Assembly (NCBI GenBank): GCA_951406725.2
Contig: OX597817.1
Location: 83,638,001-83,702,000 of the forward strand
Direction of reading: 5' to 3'
DNA length: 64,000 nucleotides
Source: Octopus vulgaris
Lineage: Eukaryota
Position 1 is the first letter of the stretch, and each line of letters opens with the position of its first letter. A program made the position numbers and the translations under genes. The notes under the pieces were generated by a model. The model was not told the origin of the DNA. It was given only the letters and a program-made list of their open reading frames with translations, and searched no databases. Below, one piece after another: positions 1 to 11,750 of the stretch.

Positions 1-698
1 ATTAGACAACGATAATAAAAAGAAGACGTCTTAAAAGTGATAAAAGAAATATATATTTACCCCTTAACACTATATAAAAGACCTAAGCTTCTAATCTTTC
101 TGATAATTCTACTTTAAAACTTTTCAAGGAAGGATATTTTTTTTAATTATGTCTCAATAACTACACCTAGAGCACCAACTTCGAAGTGAAGAAATTCATC
201 CAAAATTACTTTACAAACTTAGCCATCAATGTAAGTAATTTATTTTTTGAGACATCTAAATGTAATCTTAAATAGATAGGTACCCATTTATCATTGCTTT
301 GGAAAGTATCTTCAAATTGGATGTTATTGTTATGTGAAGAAAGGTAGCTGCAGGCACTTTCAAAAGATTAGAACCATGTTACACTCTATATTTAATCATA
401 TTTGACTGGCTTTTAATTTCTAAACTACGCTGTCGTGTGTGGGTGAAAAGTAAAATCGATCCTGATAGGATTTGAATTTAAAACGCAGGAAAACGCAAGA
501 AAATTTAATCAAGTTTCCTTAATTTCCGCCACCGGGCAGCATTGTATTAGAAATTGAAGCAACCACCACAATAAATTATTTAAACACGCTTTCTGAATGA
601 TTATGATGAACTCATGATTGTAAACGATTTATTACATATATTGAGCTATCGGTATGTTTAATGAAATCGTATCAGTTTTCAATGTGAACTGAACAAAA

Positions 699-897
699 AG
701 CGGTGAGCTAGCAGAATAGTTAGCACGTCGGGTCAAGTGCACAGCACCATTTCGTCCATCTTTACTTCCTGCATTCTAATTCTGCCAATGTCGACTATAC
801 CCTTTATCCTTTCGGGATGGATAAAATAATTACCATTTGAGCACTTATCCTCTCTCGCAAAGCTGCAGGCCTTGTGCCAAAATATGAAACCAACATT
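699..897 (+). mobile_element. tRNA-derived SINE, family A (GGCGGCGAGCTGGCAGAATCGTTAGC head), degenerate
   Basis: Same head and GTCGAC-CCTTT-ATCCTTTCGGG-GATAAA body as the copies at 1899, 22134, 24121 and 31600. Flanked by the direct repeat AACTGAACAA (TSD). Confidence 0.8.
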
Positions 898-1898
898 AAC
901 TGAACAAGTAAAGCTATTATCGATGACTATTTGTCATACCTTGCACCGGGGAATTTAACCAAAGTTTTTCCAAATCATCTTACATATCTTAGTGTCCTCT
1001 TTTATCTTATTCACAACATTCTAGATTTTGCTGCACATTAGGAGAGTGAATGTGGCGTTTTTTTTTTCATTCATTGAGAATGGATCTAAATTCTTCTAGT
1101 TTAACTCACCAGATTAGCTTAGACTATGCATAGTCAGACAACTTCTGTTGTTAAATACTTGCTGCTTTGTTTCTTAACGACTTCAGCCACACAACTTCAG
1201 CACCAATACCATTCACCATTTTTACCCTCCACGTCTAATTATTGTCCTTTAGAAGATTATGATAAAGTAAGATCATTATCTAATAACGTTATTTCAAACA
1301 TATCTCTTACTCCAACAACTACAGTCTTTAATAAATTTCTGTACTCATATTTTCACACAACTTGATACAGTTTGGTGATAAATGAAAGCAAAAGTTTCAG
1401 ATATAAATTCTATCATTTTAATGAAGTGAGTTCTTCTCTAAATTACATTTTCTTTTGACACGAAAACCGCTCAAAACTCTTTGACAACGACATAATTATT
1501 CAGAGCTTTCTTTTATCACAACGTCGGCCTTCTTTTCTATGAATATTAAACACGCCAAGTTTTCTTGGTTATCTCCTGGTGTCATTTATTGATTTCCTGC
1601 TACTTTGAATCTCTATGTCAACTTCGTTGACTCGGTTTAAACAGAAATTGAATAATTCTGAAGGCTTTATGCTAAATGTTGCCATAAGGTGATCATTAGA
1701 TTTTTCTTTTCTTACTCGGCAAACGGTATTAAAAACTCTGGCATTTGTTTTTTTTTTTTATATTTTATACTTTTTGAGATACATTTTAAGTCTTTTATGC
1801 TCAATGCAGTGTCAGTTCTCACATCATGTCAATTTCAGATATCTATATGACTATATTAGCACGATCTTAAATCGATTTCAGTATTAGGATCTTCCACA

Positions 1899-2112
1899 GA
1901 GCGGCGAATGAGCAGAATCTTTAACAAACTGGGCTACGTGCTTAGTGGCATTTTGTTTTCCTAGAGCTCTGAGTTCAAATTCCACTGAGGTCTACTTTGC
2001 CTTTTATCCTTACGGGGTCGATAAAATAAGTACTAGTCAAGCATTGGGGTCGATGTAATCAACTTACTCCCCTAATATTACTGGCTTTGTGCTAAAATGA
2101 AAAACCAATATT
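1899..2112 (+). mobile_element. SINE family A
   Basis: B-box GAGTTCAAATTCC and body CTTTGCCTTTTATCCTTACGGGGTCGATAAAATAAGTAC. TATTAGGATCT-CCAC is repeated on both sides (TSD). Confidence 0.85.
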
Positions 2113-3417
2113 AGGATCTACCACGGCTGGAAAGAGCAACCAAATATTAAGATTCCACCGGTTCTGCTCTTTATCAAGGTGCTATCCAGTGAAATATCAC
2201 GTTATTACTTATAACATTACACTAATCTGTTAAGCAGTCATTTCGTAAAATCCCCTCAAGAATCTTTTGAATTAACTTTCCATTTCGTTTCATTGAAAAT
2301 CCTTTTAATCGTGCTCGCTTTCTCTAAAATAAGAGCCACTGTGCATATACACTATTAATATCTGAAATACTGTATATGCATGTCTTTGAAACTTGAAACG
2401 CATTAGCAGCACCAGAATATCCTAAAACTACTTTCCTGAATGAGGTAAGAACTTTCACGCAAAATAGTTGTCTCAAAAGACTCTTGATCAACCAATATTG
2501 GGCAGGAACCTTCTAGATTTCAGTATCTCTATCAACATTTCCTGGGTTCACTAGACAGGGTAGTTTTTGAAAATCTCAGACAGGTCTTAGAAACGATAAA
2601 CCTCTAAAGCTATAATGCTTAACTGCCCAAATGAAAGTTAAAACATGCTGTTGCATGACGGTTAATAAGCCTTTCAACGATGTATTTGCTTTAAGTATGA
2701 TACATGGATTGCGATTTAAAACTAAAGCTGCTTCTGTCGCATACGACTAAATGTAAACTCTGACAGCAGACCTAACATTGATATTTAGAAAATAGCCTTC
2801 GTCAGCCCAAATCGAGTAAATCTATGATCAAAATTGTTCCGTTATCATCTCATCGTTTTAGTTAAACCTCAATATATTTTTCCTTACAGTATAAATGTGT
2901 CCATATTTTTTAAGATAATAAAGTGTGATTTAAGGAAGATTTGTTTGATATATCTAGTACGCAAACTTACCATGAACAGAAGCATTCATTCGTTCGATCA
3001 AATTTACATTACATACAAGCAATTGAGTAGTGAGTTTGTTAGTGTATGGGAAAATCAATACCGAAGTCAGTGTATAAGAAGTGCAATAGAGCAGTTAGTG
3101 TTAGTCAATGTAGAGGAAGAGTGATTCGAAAGCTCCACCATACAGTACTGATGTCTGAGCAAACAGCAAATTCAGTACAACATTCATAATCTGTGAATTT
3201 AAGTGGAAAAAAATAGCATCAATATCCTTGGAATACAGAAAAGTATTTGAGATCTGGGCAGGGAGGAGGTAGGGAAGAGGCAGGGAAGGCGCGAGGAAGA
3301 GGCAGGGAAGGGGCAGAGAGGAGACAGAGTGTGGGACAGAAAAGTCGAGCAAAAGCTCAACTGGGAATCCAGTGGTTATCTATTGATGCCTTTGCTATAT
3401 GCTCATCGCTAATTCTG

Positions 3418-3438
3418 TATGTGTGTGCAGATATATGT

Positions 3439-3491
<53 letters not shown>

Positions 3492-3497
3492 CATATA

Positions 3498-3533
<36 letters not shown>

Positions 3534-3562
3534 TGTATGTATGTATGTATGTATTATGTATA
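3418..3562. repeat. Compound microsatellite (CA)n(TA)n(TATG)n
   Basis: Directly visible. Confidence 0.95.
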
Positions 3563-3664
3563 TAGTAACAGAAAGGGAGGAATTTCGATTATCGCCACGT
3601 GGTGAGTTGTAATATATATAAGAAATGAAAGAAGGAAAATTTTTAATATATCTTATACACTGTT

Positions 3665-3697
3665 TGTCGTCCGGTTTCGATTTAGCTAATCATGACA
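3665..3697 (-). ncRNA. Degenerate minimal hammerhead-like motif (A3-U8 core), left arm copy
   Basis: Minus strand reads UGUC AUGAUUA GC UAAA UC GAAA CCGG AC GACA. The UH site is mutated to AC. Confidence 0.45.
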
Positions 3698-4028
3698 TTC
3701 AAATTTATTTAAATACGTATCTTTTTAACAAAAATTTTTTGTCCATGTTGTATGAACGAATGATTCAACAAGTAAAAAAATCTAAGGGAGGGTAATTGAT
3801 TATCGTTATTATTGTGAACAGAGGAAATAATTGAATTTTTGTGTAAATATATATTCTCACCCACCCTCTACCGAATGATGACCAATCATTTCCCCTGTCC
3901 ACAATAATAACGATAATCAATTACCTCCCCTTATAATTTCTACTTGTTGAATGACTCATTCATAAACTCCACACACAACATGGACAAAAATTTTTCTTAA
4001 GAAAATACGAATTGAAATAAATTTTAAA

Positions 4029-4059
4029 GTCATGATTAGCGAAAGCGAAACCAGTCGAC
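4029..4059 (+). ncRNA. Minimal type I hammerhead-like motif with A3-U8 core
   Basis: GUC AUGAUUA GC GAAA GC GAAA CCAG UC GAC: stem I GUC/GAC, 2-bp stem II with GAAA loop, GAAA core strand, UC site. Confidence 0.55.
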
Positions 4060-4128
4060 AAACACAATACAAGATATATTAAATATTATGTTAAAACTAT
4101 GTTAATTGTATGCATTGTCCTTAATTTC

Positions 4129-4170
4129 TTATATATATATATATATAAATACATATATATATATACATAC

Positions 4171-4227
<57 letters not shown>

Positions 4228-4249
4228 ATATATATATACATATATATAC

Positions 4250-4310
<61 letters not shown>

Positions 4311-4426
4311 TATATACATATATATATAATATATATATACATATATATATATATACATATATATATACATACATATATATATACATTTACTTATATATAT
4401 ATATATACATATATATACATATATAG

Positions 4427-4487
<61 letters not shown>
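4129..4487. repeat. (TA)n microsatellite with CA interruptions
   Basis: Directly visible; it produces the YIYI ORFs. Confidence 0.97.
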
Positions 4488-4490
<3 letters not shown>

Positions 4491-4525
4491 AAAAATTGTG
4501 AAGCTTGACTGTTACCACTACTACA

Positions 4526-4570
4526 TGAACCTGAAGATTGCAGAATTTAATGCATGAAAGTACTAGTTCA
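4526..4570 (+). ncRNA. Minimal type I hammerhead ribozyme (Penelope-type, palindromic stem III)
   Basis: UGAAC CUGAAGA U UGCA GAAUUUAA UGCA U GAAA GUAC UA GUUCA: 5-bp stem I, intact core, 4-bp stem II, palindrome AGUACU. Predicted cleavage after A4565. Confidence 0.85.
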
Positions 4571-4794
4571 ATCAGCATGAACATTTAACATTCTACTATT
4601 TTATTTTATTCTATTATATTATATTATCTTATAATATATCATTATAAGATTGTAAATAAAACGTGAAAATCAGACAAGGTTGGAATTCCATTTATTAATA
4701 TATATATATATATATACATATACAGATATACATATATATACATATATACATGTATATAATATAAAATACGTGTACATCATCTCCAAACCTTCCA

Positions 4795-4829
<35 letters not shown>

Positions 4830-5007
4830 TATATATATACTTATGCTACATACATATAAAAGAGACGAACACCAAGTGAACATCCAGTATGCTAGATGTA
4901 GACAACATATGGTCTGACCACTGAGAAAAGATTGTTCTCAATAAAATTCAGCAAACGCCAGAATGTAAACGAGCAAGACAAATGAAAAGATACACAATAT
5001 AATGATT

Positions 5008-5081
5008 AGCCACATACCGGATTTCATTGTTACCACTTACATAATTACAGAAGTAAATGTCCATAATTCATCAGTGTGACT
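5008..5081 (-). ncRNA. Type I hammerhead ribozyme with long stem II
   Basis: Minus strand reads AGUCACA CUGAUGA AUU...AAU GAAA UCCGG UA UGUGGCU: 7-bp stem I with one GU, and one extra U before the CCGG palindrome. Confidence 0.7.
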
Positions 5082-5280
5082 GTCATAGCATAATATAAAT
5101 CGCAGAGCTATACACGAGACAAAATACAAAATGGGGCAAGAACGCAAAACATCCGGACAACCAGGTGATACAAAAAGGGACAACAAAATATCCAGATAGA
5201 CGATTCAAAAAACAAGGACGTGTCATCCGTAGCCTTTTATCTTCAGTCAAGAACCGGATCATCCTCGCAATTTCGGCTGA

Positions 5281-5596
<316 letters not shown>

Positions 5597-5688
5597 AGTA
5601 CAGAAACGAAAACATAAAAACAAACATGGAAACGGACTTTTTTAACAACGAAAAAACAGAGTACAAGACAAACAATACAAGGAATATT

Positions 5689-5764
5689 CCCCTTCATCAG
5701 CTGTTCCTGGTTCGACTCAATGCGTGTTTCGAAGGTAAGGACAGAACAGGACCCGTCGAACCAG
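5689..5764 (-). ncRNA. Candidate permuted (pseudoknotted) hammerhead motif
   Basis: Minus strand reads CUGGUUCGAC GG GUC CUGUUC ugtccuuac CUUC GAAA CACG cauuga GUCGAACCAG GAACAG CUGAUGA A GGGG. See findings. Confidence 0.45.
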
Positions 5765-6013
5765 TCCTTCCGGCAAAAGAATTAAATAAAATTTCTTTGC
5801 AGAGGGGTAAAAACAAGGAAAGAAAAAAATGTGACAAGAACAGGACGTAAAAGTAATACAAATAAAAATACAAATACAAAAAAATATATATATTTTACCC
5901 ACAAGAGTAAACAAGAGAAACAAGAAAATGCCCCTTGTATTTGAATTCTATGCAAATATTAGTTTAAAGTACTTTTCATTTAATTATTCCAAAATTTAAT
6001 TGTTTTACATACT

Positions 6014-6053
6014 TACGGTTGAAAACGTCTCAATGACTGAAACCGGTACTGAA
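6014..6053 (+). ncRNA. Minimal type I hammerhead with U3-A8 core variant
   Basis: CGG UUGAAAA C GUC UCAAU GAC U GAAA CCGG UA CUG, with palindrome ACCGGU. Stem I is weak (3 bp). Confidence 0.55.
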
Positions 6054-6367
6054 TTGTTTTTTATAAAATTATTTTAACATTTTCTACCTTGACTTTTTCC
6101 ATATACCTTTTATGAGATCAAAGTGTACGTACACTGGTATGTGAGTGGCGAGGCCTATTGTTGTTAGCTGTTTTAGGTGTTTTCGTTTTTGACCTAGTGT
6201 TAAATGAATATGTGTGCGGTCTAAGTTGCCTAGGTGTAAGACCTTCCAGGGTTCCATCGATGAGTGTGTGTGGTTGGTTGCGATTGTGAGGGTTAGTGCG
6301 TGTTTGAGATGCGATTTGAGACATGCATTGCTTGAGCCTGGTGTTATGGATGTATTCTATTTGTTGG

Positions 6368-6666
6368 GAAAAGCTGCTAGGTATGATAGGTTAGCTTGGG
6401 AGGTAAAGCAGACTTTGTCGATGAAAAAGGTGGTAGTGATACCAATAATTGTCGGAGCCCTGGGAACAGTGAGTAAAAATTTTGAGAAATACATGGAACA
6501 AATAGGGGCTGCAATAAGGGTGTAGCACTTGCAGAAGGCAGCACTGCTTGGAACCGCTCGAATACTCCGGAAGGTACTCGAAAAATAAGAGGTGTTACCT
6601 TAGTTCACTGGTAGTGAATAGCTGACACCGTAGTACATCTCCAGCGTTAGAAGCTGTGCAAAGGCA
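6368..6666 (+). mobile_element. Dong/R4-clade non-LTR retrotransposon 3' end (RLE C-terminus plus 3' UTR)
   Basis: KAARYDRLAWEVK...VIPIIVGALGTVSKNFEKY...LQKAALLGTARILRKVLEK, followed directly by (TAA)n. Confidence 0.85.
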
Positions 6667-6692
6667 ATAATAATAATAATAATAATAATAAT

Positions 6693-6859
6693 ATGCTGGT
6701 GTGTTTATGTCCCCGTTACTTAGCGGTTCGGCAAAAGAGACGGATAGAATAAGTACTGGGCTTACAAAAGAATAAGTCCCGGGGTCGAGTTGCTCGATTA
6801 AAGGTGGTGCTCCAGCATGGCCGCAGTCAAATGACTGAAACAAGTAAAAGAGTAAAAGA

Positions 6860-6862
<3 letters not shown>
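6693..6862 (+). mobile_element. 3' half of CORE-type SINE (family B)
   Basis: GTCCCCGT-ACTTAGCGGTTCGGCAAAAGAGA...GCTCCAGCATGGCCGCAGTCAAATGACTGAAACAAGTAAAAGAG; recurs at 32150, 35750, 52540-52900 and 58845. Confidence 0.85.
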
Positions 6863-6917
<55 letters not shown>

Positions 6918-6933
6918 TAATAATAATAATAAT

Positions 6934-7416
6934 TAACCAGAAAAAAGAACAGAAATTTTCTGATTGGCAGGAGAGGGCGTTGCATGGTAGATTCCCAAAG
7001 AGAGTTTCAGTAAATAATAGTAGTGAGACATGGTTATGCTTGCAGAAATGAAAGCTGAAGAGGGAGACAGAAAGTTTGTTAGTAGCTGCACTATATCAAG
7101 CACTAAGGAGTAATAGAATTAAAACCAAGATAGACAAAATCCAGGTAGATTCCCAGTATAGTTTATGCAAAGCAAAAGAGGAAAGCATTGCTCATATAGT
7201 AAGTGTATGTAGCATGCTGGCACAGAAAGAATACAAGTAAAGACATGACAATCTAGGGAGAGTAATCCACTGAGAGCTATGTAAAAAGCTAGGATTTGAA
7301 CATGCTGGTAAATGGTATGAACATGAACCTAGAAAGTACTAAAAAGTAAGAAATACAAGATGTTGTGGGACTTCAACATTCAGACTGACAGAGTAATAGA
7401 AACTAGGTCTGATTTG

Positions 7417-7466
<50 letters not shown>

Positions 7467-7536
7467 TGATAAAAAGAATAGAAAGTGCCAGATAATTAAC
7501 TTTACAGCCCCAAATAGTGAAAAAATGAATGAGAGG
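6934..7536 (+). mobile_element. Dong/R4 LINE, 5'-truncated, left part (Zn knuckle and start of RLE), interrupted by Gypsy
   Basis: WQERALHG...KRETESLLVAA...LCKAKEESIAHIVSVCSMLAQKEYK.RHDNLGRVIH...KWYEHEP...LWDFNIQTDRVIE..DLVVVDK. Starts at the edge of a (TAA)n tract. Confidence 0.9.
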
Positions 7537-7767
7537 TGTAGCACGCATAAAATATCCGTTAGTGTTTTAGAGTATATATTTCTCGCTATGGCATTTATGT
7601 AGTTGACGTCAGGATTTATGGATAATGATAACACTTATAAGTAAGCTATAAGTGACGTGTTTATCAATATATATTCCTACTTCAAAAGTAAAAATATATT
7701 TATTATCTATTTCCAAATAGGAAACATATAAAAGTAGTGTTACACAAACAGTAACCAAACTGGCTAT
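7537..7767 (+). repeat. 5' LTR (internally deleted, about 231 bp)
   Basis: Aligns by eye with 12923-13147 and begins TGTAGCA like 12333. Confidence 0.85.
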
Positions 7768-7772
7768 AAAAA

Positions 7773-7794
7773 GGGGTGACCTCCCAACGTGATC
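7773..7794 (+). promoter_or_regulatory. Primer-binding site, tRNA-Trp type (degenerate)
   Basis: GGGGTGACCTCCCAACGTGATC versus canonical TGGTGACCCCGACGTGAT, just after the 5' LTR. Confidence 0.8.
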
Positions 7795-8096
7795 AAGTAG
7801 ATAAACCACTACATCATAAAAGTATTAACACTTGTGAAAAATATATAAAATTTGCAATAGAAAATAGATGACACTTTCATTACACAAAATTTTATTAACA
7901 GAAATATTTGAAATTAAAAGTTGAAGGTTAAAAGAACGCTGAAGAACAATAATAGTTTATAAGAAGTTTAACTGCACTTTCTAGCAAATTAAAATTATAT
8001 TTCTTAGCTTTTGAAAGCATTATTTCACTAAGAGCAAGATTTTCTTTTTGAAAATTATAATATATTTGAATGGAAGAAGATATTAAAGAGTTTTAA

Positions 8097-8835
8097 ATGT
8101 CTTATATTGATATAGGATATATGCAAGCTTCTATGACAGTTTTACCTCCTACTTGGACGGGATATACCCTTATCTGGTTTGCTCAATTAGAAGCAAGTTT
8201 TGCAGCAAACAGAATAACAACAGAGGCACAAAAGTATAACATAATGTTAAGTAACTTACCACCACCTCTGAGTAATGAAATTAGGGACTTAGTAGTAGAT
8301 CCTACTGAGCCATTTTCATATTCTTTCGTAAAGGAAGAGATACTAAAGAGGACTTCCAATTCAAAGCAAAAAGAATTTGCTAAACTGTTCAATAACGAAC
8401 AACTAGGTGACAGAAAACCTACTCAACTTCTTCGTAGAACGAAAGAACTTCTCCGAAATCAACAGATAGAAGAGTCTTATACGAATTTAAATAAAGTTTT
8501 CTTTGGCAAGTTACCTCATAGTGCTCAAACACTACAGTCAGCGGTGAAAGAGCAAAATTCTCTCAAACAATTGGAATTATCATCTAGAGAGTCTGTAAAT
8601 GCTTTGCCATCTATTTCTTCAGAATTACAGATGATGAAAGAAACTTACAAGAAACTATTTAAATTATGAAGACAAGCTCGAAAGTCTTCTTCAGATAGGA
8701 AGAGATAAACGCTTTTATTATAGAAATAATGCGAGATGTAGAAGATCAAAAACGTCCCAAAGAAACGCTATATGCTGGTACCATTCAAAGTTCGGTGACA
8801 AATCTTACTTGTATTAAGCCATGCTCGTTTGATTT
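8097..8835 (+). pseudogene. gag: Gypsy gag (disrupted)
   Basis: LPPTW...WFAQLEASFAANRIT...QLGDRKPTQLLR; C-terminal CWYH..FG....C.KPC knuckle in a shifted frame. Confidence 0.9.
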
Positions 8836-8899
8836 TCTGACCAAAAATGGTCGGGAAACTTTTCAGCCACAGATTAGACGCGACAAAATATGTGGACAA

Positions 8900-11750
8900 C
8901 TGCATAAAATGTCGCGTATTCTTTATATTTGACGCTAATTCCAAACAAAGATTCTTAGTGGATACAGGAGCGACTTGTTCCATTTGGCCTGCTCAACTTT
9001 TGAAAAAGAAACCTAAGCCTGCTTATTTGACTCTACGAGCAATTAATTAGTCTGACATCCAAACATTTGGAGAAATTAATTTAATTCTCGATTTGCATTT
9101 AAGGAGAGAATATAAAAGCATTTTCATTGTAGCAGATTTGCCTTATCCGATATTGGGGGCAGATTTTCTTTCCCATTACAATTTAATGGTAGGTGTTAAG
9201 AAACAAAAATTAATTGACACAGTAACTTCATTGGACATTCAAGGCATGAGATGCAGGAATGAAACAATTAGTCCGTTATATGTTATGGCGTCCTCCGAAA
9301 ATCGCTATCACAGGATTTTGAAGAATTACCCTGAAATTACAAAACCGATAGCTCTAGACACCAAATGAGTTCATTCAGTCACTCATCACATTATAACCCA
9401 TGGACCACCAAGTTTTTCCAAACCTCAAAGGTTATCTTCAGAGAAATAAAAAAATTGCTAAAGCCGAATTTCGTTATATTTTAGACCTCGGAATATTTCG
9501 TCCTTCTTGCAGTAACTGGTCAACAACTTTAGTTTTGGTAAAAAAAAAAAAAAAGTCTCACAGACTGGCGTCCATGCGGGGATTTTAGACGACTTAATAC
9601 GAGGACACAACCAGATAAATATCCAAACCCCAACATTTATGATTTTGCTGCTTCGTTGAGTGGTTGCAATATCTTTTCGAAGATAGATTTAGTTAGAGCA
9701 TACAACCAAATTCCTGTTGAAGAAAAAGATATACCATAGACAGCTATCACACCTCCATTTGAGTTATATGAATTCCTTCGTATGCCTTTTGGATTGAAGA
9801 ACACAGCAAATACTTTCCAGAGGTTCATCGATGAAGTAACAAGAGATTTACCTTTTGCATTTGCTTATATAGACGATTTTTTTATTGCTAGTCCGTCAGA
9901 AGTTCATGAAAATCACTTGAAACAAATTTTCGATAGACTAACTAAATACAGTATAGTAATAAATCCATCAAAGTGTGTTTTCGGTGAACGGACTATATCT
10001 TTTTTAGGTCATCTCATTGATAAAGATGGAATTCGTCCACTGCCAGGAAAAGTTGAAGCTATTAATAAATTTCCAATACCAAATTCTTTAAGAAAGATCC
10101 GGGAATATTTAGGATTAATTCATTTCTACAGTCGTTTTATTCCACATTGCACAGAAAGTCTATTTACTTTGACTGAATTATTAAAGAATAGGAAAAAGAA
10201 AAATGAATCCATAACTTTAAAGCATAAAAGAAAAACTGTGTGAAACAACACTCTTAAACCATCCGGTTCCTGAAGCAAAATTATCGTTGGTAGTTGATGC
10301 TTCCGATCTTGGAACCGGTGGAGTTTTACATCACTTTCATTGTGGTTCTTGGCAACCATTATCTTTCTTTTCAAAAAATTTTAAGACACTAAAAACGAAA
10401 TACAGAGTTTTCGGCAGAGAATTGTTGGCAGCTTACTTGTCAATTAAATACTTCAGACATCTTGAAGGTAGGTCATTTACATTATTTACTGACCATAATC
10501 CATTAACACGTGCACTAAAAAATTCTTCTGAAAAATATTCTCCCGGAGAAATTAGACACCTTGATTATATATTACAGTCTACAGTGGATATACAGTATTT
10601 CAAGGGTATTGAAAATTCTGCAGTTGATGCACTTTCTCGAATGAATGTTGATGCATTACGTTCATTAAGCACTATCAATTCAGAAGAAATGTCTAAAGAT
10701 CAAACTACTGATAAATAATTTTCTTTGTATAAAGATTCCAGTTCTACTTCTTTGAAATTTAAATTATTGCCGATTCATTCTTGTAAATCATATATTTGGT
10801 GTGATATTTCTACTGGTTTTTCTAGACCATTTGTGCCTGAAAGACATAGAATAGTTATTTTTCTACCTTACATAAATCATCTCACCCTGGTATTGGAGCT
10901 TCATTAAAATTAATACCGAGTCGTTTTGTTTGGCCTGGTATGAATAAAGATATTCGTTCTTGGGTTCAATCGTGTATGCCGTGCCACAAAGCAAAAGTAA
11001 ATTGTCACATTAAAGCACCATTAGGTACTTTTGCAAATCCTCATGCCAGATTCCAACACATTAATACTGACATATTTGGACCATTACCTCCAGTGGAAGG
11101 TAATATTTATTTGTTAACATGCATAGATCGTTTTTCGCGATGGCCAGAAGCTTATCCAATCAAAGACATATCAGAAGTAACTATATCAAGAACTTTATTT
11201 ACCAATTGGATGTCTAGATTCAACATACCCAACATATTGACGGCAGATCGTGGAAGAAAATTTGAATCTATTCTTTTCGCAGAATTCAATAAATTGTTGG
11301 GTATTCAAAGATTTCGTACAACTTCGTATCATCCACAATCTAATGGCATGATAGAAAGATTTAATATGCATTTGAAATCTTCATTAAGAACTAACTCTGA
11401 TTCTGACAGTTGGTTAGAAGTTTTACCAGTGACATTGTTAGGAATCGGGAGTGCTGTTAAAGAAAGCTTACAATATTCTCCTGCTGAACTTTTGTACAGA
11501 ACAACAGTAACTCTTCCTGGTCAAATGTTTGAAGAAACCAATTCTTTTAATGAAGATATTAACAATTATGTAACCTGCTCAAGAGATTTCTTTCTGGTGT
11601 TCCTTCTTTTGCAAGTAAATTATAAAATATTAAAGGTTTCGTTCCTTCTGATATTAATTCTTGGACTCATGTATTTGCACGTAATAATACCAGTCATCAT
11701 TCACTGAATTATAAGTACATTGGACCATTTAAAGTTTAGTTAATTAAAGA
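8900..11750 (+). pseudogene. pol: Gypsy pol (protease, RT, RNase H, integrase), disrupted
   Basis: FLVDTGA protease; MPFGLKN...YIDD RT; VVDAS...RELLA...TDHNPL RNase H; DIFGPLP...DRFSRWPEA...YHPQSNGMIERF integrase. Confidence 0.95.

Larger units (their letters stand above)
3642..4083. repeat. Imperfect inverted repeat, arms of about 190-200 bp (3642-3833 and 3883-4083); probable inverted Penelope-like pLTR fragments
   Basis: GGTAATTGATTATCGTTATTATTGTG matches CACAATAATAACGATAATCAATTACC in reverse complement. Each arm carries a hammerhead-like motif. Confidence 0.8.

Noticed and set aside
1000-2830. Possible decayed coding sequence
   Set aside because: No recognisable motif in the frames I read; many stops.
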